Assembly: GCA_963924565.1 (NCBI GenBank)
Contig: OZ004614.1
Location: 8,060,001 to 8,124,000, forward strand
Reading direction: 5' to 3'
Origin: Ascidiella aspersa
Lineage: Eukaryota
Length of the DNA stretch: 64,000 bases
The translations under genes were made by a program, and so were the position numbers. Positions 51,567 to 60,328 of the stretch are shown here, in pieces. The notes under the pieces are model-generated. The model did no database searches, was not told where the DNA came from, and saw only the letters and a list, made by a program, of their open reading frames with translations. Each line of letters begins with the position of its first letter. The first letter of the stretch is position 1.

Positions 51567-52151
51567 GTAAGGAGAGGGATTGACTCAATGTGCGATAAAC
51601 AGAACACACACATAAAAATAGAAACCAGCACATAACAATATCAAACAACAGTGGTAATCAAAAACACCTCCTCTGGTAATAATTATTTCTTGGTAGCAAC
51701 ACTTTATTTACTCAAACACCAGTGTTGTAACCTTTTGAAATTAATCAAGTCCAGGTCAAGTCCTTGCAAAAAATACTAAGTTAAGCCCAAGTTTAAATTA
51801 TTTATTTTGAAAAAACGTTATTCTATTAAAATAACTCGTCAGTGAGCAAATGTTTTAACAAAAACGCAACTTATAGCAGGCAAATTGTTTTACTAGCAAA
51901 CACCGAAATGAAAAATCTAATTTTATTAGGAAAGAATAATTAAAACACCTAAAAGTCATTTGCATTGACCTAAGTGCATTTCATGTCATTCCAAAATACT
52001 AAAGTTAATTCAAGCCATTTTGTATCAAAATATACTCCGTGTTACATGACTTGTGTAACTACCGAATTTTGCATTTTCTAAAACGATAGCACTAACTTAC
52101 TCCGAAGCAAACGATCAGAATAAGACGACTCCATTTTTATATTTCCACCAG

Positions 52152-52277
52152 AATCAACCGTCTTCATCCCAAAAGAGCAATACAAAGTGGCCGAGGATAT
52201 TGGCGAGCTGCTCGTTCCGGTTCGTCGCACCGGTGACCTCACGAACGAGTTCATGGTGATCTGTTACACTGAACCAG
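52152..52277 (+). CDS. FREM2: FREM2/3-like exon I (Calx-beta 2; 126 nt, phase 1-1)
   Basis: ccaccAG / GTGGGA. (E)[41 protein letters not shown]. Confidence 0.94.
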
Positions 52278-53122
52278 GTGGGATAATTTGCTTTCTAGCT
52301 TTCTTTGGGGTAAATTAATTTGCCAAGTTGCTGTGATTCCAATTGAACACAGGTAATCTCTAGTTTTTGCCTGGTAGCATATATCCACAAATCACATGTT
52401 TCAATTGTAAAACTGTTCAAGAAAATGGCAAAATTGCCCAGCGCGCGACCCAAAAGGTAAAAGACGGAATGCGACAGCCCAAACCCCTTTTGCCGGAATA
52501 ATAGTTTTACATTTGAATGCCTGACAGCATATTCAAATCACATGTATATATTAAAGTTATCGTGTCAGCAGGGAATCCTTTTGCAAATAAACTACATCTA
52601 AATGTTTGTTCCTTGGTGCAGAACGCAACAAAGATCTTTTTTGTTCAAATCTGTGTCAAGTGTCAACCTTTAAAGTCGAACGAAATCAGCAAAATATTCG
52701 TGCGGCCATTTGCGAAAGCTGCGGTTCTTCATCACAAGAATAGAATCATTGTAATAGCGTCTAAAACTTCGCGGGACTTAATAGGATTAAATGTTTCGAA
52801 GCCAAAAATTTCTCTGAGACACTAGCATGTTCTTACTTCCTCTAGCCGTAAACAAACATTAGCCTTGTGTTTATCTTTGCTTCCAATCAGAAAAGCCTTT
52901 AGTGGTTCTTTTACGTTAAAACTAAATGTACTTGAGTTATTTATAAATAGAGCGGGATAAGGTGTATTTTTGACGATTGCAATTTTAGGCGGCGGTTAGG
53001 GTTTATTTGAAGTTTAGATTCTAGTTCCGCCACTTTTTTAGGCAGGACTTAAAAGCAAATTCGAGCAAGATGGACTGGAGTAAAAAAACTCCAAATCCCA
53101 ACATAAAAGCTTTACAAGGCGT

Positions 53123-53483
53123 TAATGGTGTCCGATATTTTTGCAAAAAAAGTATCGCGATCCCGCCCGACACCAAATGACGTCATTATGGTCGAATAGC
53201 CAAAATTTATTAATATAAAAAGTGTAATGGGAATGATTTTCAGGTTATTTGGCCGAAATTTGCGTTTGCGTTACGAAGCCTTTCTATCTTCGGATTCCAA
53301 TGGAATATTTTTATTGATAAAAATTTATAGTTTCAAGAAAAAAACTCCACATTGGATCGTAAAACATGGCTTTAAACAAAAAAATATTATGGTATCGGAT
53401 CGGCACCGATAAGACCCTGGTATCGCTTAAGCTCCGATACCACCACTTGGTATCGGGTATCACTTCCGATCCAATATTATCGC
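53123..53483. mobile_element. Copy of the 14493 family (opposite orientation)
   Basis: gtgtccgata start, tgacgtcatta, ggtatcggatcggcaccgata, ggtatcgggtatc. Confidence 0.7.
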
Positions 53484-54955
53484 GTTTATGTGATGTTGGT
53501 CCTGCTGCTTCGTGTACTTGCGCTTGCTTACCTTACGCGGTTTCGCGGCTTTCAAACGCCACTTCGCAACCCTGAATCATCCAGACAGCCAGGTGTTCGC
53601 GAACAGCAGGAAGCCTAATCCGTTCTTTGGCACGACTGTCTGTTTTATCGCAAAATCATCAACTTTAACCGCCGTTTAGTCCACTTTGCAGTCACCTCCT
53701 CCTTTTTGCAAGTTGCAGAGTAGCGAATGACGTCATTTTGGCACTAGGTAGCCCTTTGGTGCCGCCACGCGTCCAGTGTTTTCTGGTAAAAATACCCCTC
53801 AGAATACCAAACAGCCATCATTCGACTTTCGTTTTTAAACCTTAAAACGAGTTATTGTGGTTTGGTTCCATTTTTTCTTTACTTTTGAAATAAGTGTCTG
53901 TTAAAACCGTGTATGGCCACAAAGTATTTTCTATGTAACCTCGTACTGTTGAGTTAACTTCCAATTCGGTCGACTATAGAGCGAGGAATGGCCAGAAAAT
54001 TTGCGTAAAGTTTAAGGAACAGATTCTACGTCTTTTTGTCCACTTTGTACATTGCCGCATCGTTCGAATAAAGCGGAATGTAAGGGTCCGAGGCACTATT
54101 ATTTTGTCTCTTAATACGCACGACTTACTGACATACACAAATTACACGCGCTTTTAAAGGCTGCAACTTCCGCATTCCGCCTAAAAGTGATGTGCCAGAA
54201 CTTGAACAATCACATCTTACAATCAGCAGCTCTACGAAAACACAGCGAGACTTGGGAGTAAAGAGAAACGCCTGTTTTTAGGAAGGAGGTGTAGCGCCCG
54301 TTACTATCCGCCCGCTAACAACACGCGACCGTCGTTTACCAAACTAAATCGACCAGAATCGATACTGTAAACGGCGCGGCCTTCGGGTTGTAGTATCCGG
54401 TCTTTTGCCTTCTTGGGTCGCGCTCTGCGCAATTTCGCCCAACCCTTCTTTATCTGGTCATCTCGCGCCTTAGTCGCAATTACGCGCGTGTGGGTTACAC
54501 GAAAACGACCGACGCTAGGTCGTCGCGACCCTCTTTTTAGTCGTTAGCCGCCTGCCCGCCCTATTGGGTTTCGGTTGATTATGCTGCAATATTTTGCTCG
54601 ATTTTAGCCGATGATTTTTTCGAACTTGTATTCTCAAGTCCCTATCTGACTTGTTCGAAGTTATACTCCCTTATTCTCCAAAGCGATCAATTTGCCAAGT
54701 CCAATACGTCTTGCCATGCCGATACTGTATATTTCGAACGAAAGGTACCACCGAACCGATCTGAAATAACGTCAATATTAGGGTAAAGAAAGTGGTAAAA
54801 TTAAAACGTGCCAGACGGAATTAGAGGAAAATTTGCTTGGACCTCGCAGTGCCATTCATTAATAAATTCGTATTTTCCATACATTTCCCCTTTTAAAGGA
54901 GAAAATGCGGTCTTAAAATACAACTCCGGCTGCAAAAAATGCGCAATTTAATTTC

Positions 54956-55241
54956 ATATCGGATTAGGGCCGAATGCTGATCCCACGCTGTAGTATCGGA
55001 CAAATATCGATGCGACTCTAGTATCGGACAAATATCGACACTGTCCTAGTAGCGATACAACTCGGACGACTATCGATACCAATCTTCTATCGGATCTGTA
55101 CCGACACCCTGGTATCGAACAAGATGCGAAACAACTTTAATATCGGACAAATGTCGATAACACTCTATAGTATCGTACGAGTACCGATACTACCACTCGG
55201 CATCAGGTATCGGCACCGATTCGATAATTTAGGACATCCCC
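54956..55241. mobile_element. 14493-family end with amplified subterminal repeats
   Basis: Several ~28-bp (tag)tatcggacaaatatcga units; ends ggtatcggcaccgattcgataatttaggacatccc. Confidence 0.7.
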
Positions 55242-56882
55242 ACTTTACGCACGCCGCTAAGCCGAATCTATTACAATCTTTAGGGGTCACGGGTCGGTCG
55301 CAATTGTACAGGTGCAGCGTGGCATTGTTTCTTTGAAGTGAGTCGGGTAATTGTGCAACACGTTGCGGCCATTTGAGCAAGGCTTAGCTGATTGCGATCT
55401 ACGCAGCGCGCGACTGCGGCCGAATTACGATCTCGCGGCACGTTCGCTCGTGTTTATACTTCTCCGGGCCTTTTTGTTGTTGTGACACACCGTCTGCCCA
55501 GCATGTTTGACTGGTCAAATTTACAACTTTCCCACTTTAATTTGATATTCGTGTTAAAAATACGTTTAGAGTTTTTGAAACGTTTTCGGTGCTTTTGGAC
55601 CAAAAGACAGTTTGAAGTCGGTTTAAAGCTGAATTCGGAAAAAGGAGAGTCTTGTTAGCGGAAAGCATATTCAGCTGTTTGGCTATTATTGCTTTACAGC
55701 TATTAAACGGATTTTTTAAAACCTTTTAAACCCGCAAACCTAACCCTCACAAAACAATCTAAATTGTTGTGATTAACTTCATATTGAGAGTTTCATCTAC
55801 AAATTTAGGCAATTTAGTAATTCAAGCAGAACGCTTGAAAATGAATACTGAATCCTAATAGGTCGATTCAATCGACATTATCGTCTCAATAAAGACGATC
55901 CGACATGTCCTTTGGTCATTATCACCAAAGAATACACAACATCTACAAACTTAGATCGTTTTGATTCCTTTTAAAATATCGCTAGTTATTATCATTCGGA
56001 GATCAACGAACATAAAATCATCCACTTACTGTGTAATGCATATACGTCAAAAAAAACTTGTCCTCAATGTAACACAACCCGGCGAATAAAAGGGGCAGGG
56101 CAGCTAGATTCCATAGCGGCACGGCACTAAATTTGGCGCGCAGAAAGCGGTAAAGTGGCGATAAGAAGCGGAGATAGACCTCGGCGCACGCGACATCAAC
56201 CCGCCCCATCTTGGACGGCTAATCACGGCGCCGGAAACCGTGCATTTGCGCTTTGGCGATTGCCCCTCGCGGCGCCCGGATATCATTTGCTTCCTGCGCG
56301 TTTTTTCGAGTAATATACGTGGTATGTGTACGCGCTAGTGTTGTTTGAAAAGTGGCTGTTATGGAGATCGGTCCTTAAACGTTACAAAAAAAAACTAAGA
56401 CGCTTTAAAAGCTCAGTTAAAAAAAATTGCCTTTTTTTGTTTTTTTACTTACCTGTTTAATAATTCTCTTGCCAACGTTTCTCATATTTGGTTCATAAAT
56501 AAACCAACCTAAAGTATATATCAAAGCTCTATCTTTATCTTGCTATGGCATAGGCATTTTTTGTTTCAGGTTTGATTTTAGTTGCCGCTAAAATTTTTAA
56601 GAGCCAACAACTCGCTTGCAATGACTAATTGACAATTCTCTGCTGTATTTAAAGGCGTATAGGCTATATTTTGAGTACCGGTCAATAAATTTGAATTGCC
56701 ATTTCTGTCCCTCAAAGCACTCTAAAAAAATGGTCGCAGGTTTTATAAGATTTTGACCAAAGCGAATATGGTCCAGAAATTAGCTTCACATTGTGAGCTA
56801 CAATTGTCTTCAGAACAGATTTAAGTGTATTTTAGAATTTTTAGTGAACATCACATATCCAACTGATTTTATTTTTTTGCAG

Positions 56883-56967
56883 GCTCCGCGACTGGTACCA
56901 CCCCGACGACTGTACACTCCTACTCAGATTACATAAGCCGACCAGACGACCACAACAGCTTGATCAC
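56883..56967 (+). CDS. FREM2: FREM2/3-like exon J (Calx-beta 2; 85 nt, phase 1-2)
   Basis: tttttttgcAG / GTAAGG. (G)SATGTTPTTVHSYSDYISRPDDHNSLI(T). Confidence 0.93.
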
Positions 56968-57466
56968 GTAAGGAGAGCGCAATTTGGACGTCCTTAAATC
57001 ACGCATACGTGATCGCTTATAGGCTGGACAATTCACGTTACTTCGAGCGGACTTGTTTGGTGACTAATTGAAACACTCGTATAGTTGTGTTTGTTTTACT
57101 GGTGCAAATTTAACTGGCGAGGGATTTTAAGGTCCCGAGTTCGAATCTCGACTCTCACCGAACTCAAATACAGTATTTAGTAACAAAAAGAGGTCCAAAA
57201 TGTCTCAGGCCCTTATGGGCGAAAACAAAAATATCCCTATGAATAAAAATAAAAAACATTCAAAATAAAGTTAAGAAGGTTTATTCTAAAAAAAACAAAA
57301 AAAAAAACAACTTGAAATGAAGTCAGTGAGATCCATTTCTATGCTTTTCACATTTTTTTTGCCCTCATCTATTGCCCTTGAGTGCTTAAACCTGACCTAA
57401 CATTGTTTAAAACATTCGACTGTTCTCGGTGCGATTATTCGCTCACAATGCCCCTTTGTTTCGCAG

Positions 57467-57630
57467 CTTCGACAGCGGCGAGTCGGAAAAGTTCTGCCGA
57501 GTAGTGATCATCGACGACTCGCTTTACGAGTTGGACGAGTCGTTCAACGTGCGACTCGCATCGGCAATGGGCGGCCGACTCGGCAACTACTCGCTCAGCG
57601 AGGTTGTCATCGAAAAGGACGAAAACGACG
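57467..57630 (+). CDS. FREM2: FREM2/3-like exon K (Calx-beta 2; 164 nt, phase 2-1)
   Basis: tttcgcAG / GTGAGT. FDSGESEKFCRVVIIDDSLYELDESFNVRLASAMGGRLGNYSLSEVVIEKDEND. Confidence 0.95.
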
Positions 57631-57731
57631 GTGAGTTAGTTCATCTTGCTTTAATAGAAACTTAATTTCATGTATAAATAGGTAAAACATGTTAGATGTC
57701 GGAGCATAATGTTCGGATGTTGTAGTAAGAC

Positions 57732-57876
57732 TATCAAAGCCGATACAAATTGTAGGCATCATTTTAACGTTTCGAATAATTCTTTATTCATTTTCAGCAA
57801 GCGATGATGTTGCAAAATGTATAGAGAGTTATTCGAAACGTTCAAAATGATACCTACTTCTGTATGGGCTTTGATA
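57732..57876. mobile_element. Palindromic mini-element, third family
   Basis: About 65-bp imperfect arms; minus arm reads CUGAAAA-U-GAAUAAagaaUUAUUC-GAAACGUU; shares gagttattcgaaacgttcaaaatgatacctac with 10671-10702. Confidence 0.78.
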
Positions 57877-59313
57877 ATCCTATTGCACTGAACCTAAATC
57901 AGTGCATTTGTTTGGAATTCGAAACCTTTTGCACCAGTTTTCTGGTAATCATAACTCTGCTGGCAAGTAAATAAACGAGTAGAACTCGAGGTTAAAATAC
58001 GGTGTAAAGAGCTGCAGGGTCAGATTTATACTTAAACCTGGGCGCCACTGTGAGTTGCTTCATTTGAGGGCTCAATGTATGCCCATTTTAAAAAACGCCA
58101 GATGCTGTGCTTTAGTTGGGTATTTAAACTTTGAGTTTTGCTTCTTACATACTCTTCAGCGGAGTATTAATCAACAAGCAGAAAGCCTGATGTCAATAGA
58201 TTGGAATTTCATAAAAAGCACATCCATTTATGATTGCAATCTGTTTTTTGGGGGGACAGCTTGTATCCCAATCGTTGAGATGTATTTCCTACCCAGTAGA
58301 GATATTTAGTTGTTACCCGCTATATCTTCTCTTCACAAATTCAGTCGAATAGTTTAATACTAAAATATGTAAACTTTGCTACCAGGCATAGTAATAATAA
58401 TCAAAAGAAGCTCCTGTGGTCGATTTTGGGTCATTTATCGTCAGGCCAATACATTCTCTTTCTGGTTTTCCGCAAACTGAGTTAAAGCGATCTAAACCTC
58501 CAGATATGCCAAAAGTTGACTGCCTCAAAAACCAAATCAACTAACTTGTACAAAAGTGCTCTCGCTCGAGGAATTTGAACTCGGTATTGTCGATTTTGCG
58601 GTGAACAAAAACCATATTGGGCCGCTGCCGAGATTTAGCGGCGCCGACGCCGACCGGCGATAAGCATCTTGCGGCCTTCCGCTGCTCTTAACGCCGCGGT
58701 CAAGTCCGCGGTCGGCGGCGCCATTGTCCCCGGGCGTCGCGGCGCCGGCGCCGGTTCCACCTTCGTGACGTCACACCGGCCCCGGGGCGCCTTTGTGCCC
58801 GAAAGCGTCCCGCGTGTTTTTACCGGGGACCTGATTTGCGCATTAAGGTCTTTCCGCCCGTCGTGGATGTTCCGTTTACCGGATTCTTTTTTTTATTTTT
58901 ATTTTTTGCCGGATTCCTGGCACTCCGGGCCCGCGCCATCCATCAACGCCGCTCCAAGCCGCGCGGGGGGTTGCCGCTCATAATGGAAGCGGCCGTTATT
59001 GTAGCCGCTTCAAACGCGGCGATTTATGTAAGCGTATCAACGCCGGTGGGAACTTGCCCGCCCGCCCGTCCGGCTGAAAGCGCGTCGTTTTGCCGGCGGC
59101 GTCGCCCCTTCTGGCGCTTGTGTCGGGCGACTCGCGACGCGAAAAATGATTTAGCACTTGTCGGAAACGTTGGCCACCGCTTCAAAGCCCACTGAAGATG
59201 AAACAGTCTTCTTTTTGTGCCAATATCCATGATAAGTTTGCTGGCGCTCTGCGATGCTGTAGGTCGTCGATGTTGACAAGGGTGGGAATATTTGGGCAAA
59301 AGCGACGTTTGGA

Positions 59314-59354
59314 TGAAAGTAGCGATTTTGTTCCGAACAAAATCGCTACTTTCA
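59314..59354. repeat. Perfect hairpin, 20-bp arms, 1-nt spacer
   Basis: tgaaagtagcgattttgttc-c-gaacaaaatcgctactttca. Confidence 0.95.
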
Positions 59355-59894
59355 GAAACGAAAAAAAAAATCGATTCACTTGGCGGTAATCGACAATTTT
59401 TGTGGCCGACCATGAAACTTTAAGCGGCATCTGTCTTCCGAAACGCGGTAGTGTCTGGGGACTATTAATGTATTGTATAGACATTTTGAATAGCTTCGCG
59501 GACCAAAAGCTAGATTCTACACCCTAAAGTCAATATATTAAGATGACTTTCCTTCAAGTCTTGAAAGATATTTCTTAATTGACTCCACCCCTTAAAACAC
59601 CCCAATTAATGCATAATATTTACTCCTATAGTTAGCTTTTATATATCCATTGTACTTTCGGTAATTCGGTTATTCATATTTTAATGAATTTCCAGCAATT
59701 GTTTGCCTCAGAAAACTAACCGAAGTTCCCTTCCTATTTATCTGTTTTTTGTATATGTCATGGGTATGTTTATAGGGTTTACTGTATCTTGGTGCCTAAA
59801 AATAGTTTTTAATTCTTGCAGCACAATGTATTTACTATTGGCCGTCATCTTACTTTCAAACCACTAAAACCGCCCTTCGTATATTTCTCCACAG

Positions 59895-60044
59895 AGCCGC
59901 TCTTCTACTTCGACCAGGATTCCTACGAAGTCGACGAGAGCGCAGGTCACGTGGAAGTGCTTGTGCGACGGACCGGAACCGACCTGAGCAAGACCGCCTC
60001 CGTCACAGTCCAGTCACGCAAAAGCGAAGGTGGCGAGGCACAAG
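59895..60044 (+). CDS. FREM2: FREM2/3-like exon L (Calx-beta 3 start; 150 nt, phase 1-1)
   Basis: tctccacAG / GTTTGT. (E)[49 protein letters not shown]. The next exon was not found before the window end. Confidence 0.95.
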
Positions 60045-60189
60045 GTTTGTGACGTCATAATGCCACTGTGAAACACTCTGGAATAATTTAATTCCAGAAG
60101 TCGAGTTTGATCTATTTTGTTACTGTGTCATTGATTTGATTTGGATCATTTTTTTTTTTTTTTTTTTACTTTTTAATTAGTCAGTTTAT

Positions 60190-60328
60190 CTTTAGTAATT
60201 TCAATAAAAATATCAAAGCCATAATATTCGATAAAAACGACATTTCGCAATTTACAGACGTTTCAGCAATAACTCATGCCATCATCAGTGTAAAAATCAA
60301 GTGATGGCATGAGATATTGCTGAAACGA
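60190..60328. mobile_element. Hammerhead-bearing mini-element: full minus arm plus truncated, mutated plus arm
   Basis: 60302-60327 (tgatggcatgagatattgctgaaacg) is the reverse complement of 60259-60284 with one mismatch. Confidence 0.7.
60251..60294 (-). ncRNA. Minimal type I hammerhead ribozyme (Penelope pLTR type), intact core
   Basis: Minus-strand RNA UUUACA-CUGAUGA-U-GGCAugaguuauUGCU-GAAACGUC-UGUAAA: 6-bp perfect stem I, 4-bp stem II, palindromic ACGU stem III, GUC triplet. Confidence 0.8.

Noticed and set aside
2990-53625. Frequent TAATCC/GGATTA (Otx/Pitx-type) sites
   Set aside because: The count by eye does not exceed chance for a 6-mer in 64 kb; enrichment not shown.
53738-53765. 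miR-96-like 5' sequence TTTGGCACTAG
   Set aside because: Match limited to about 11 nt and the hairpin is too short for a pre-miRNA.
45107-59210. Other CTGAAGA occurrences (e.g. 45107, 59192) as hammerheads
   Set aside because: No correctly placed stem II plus GAAA.
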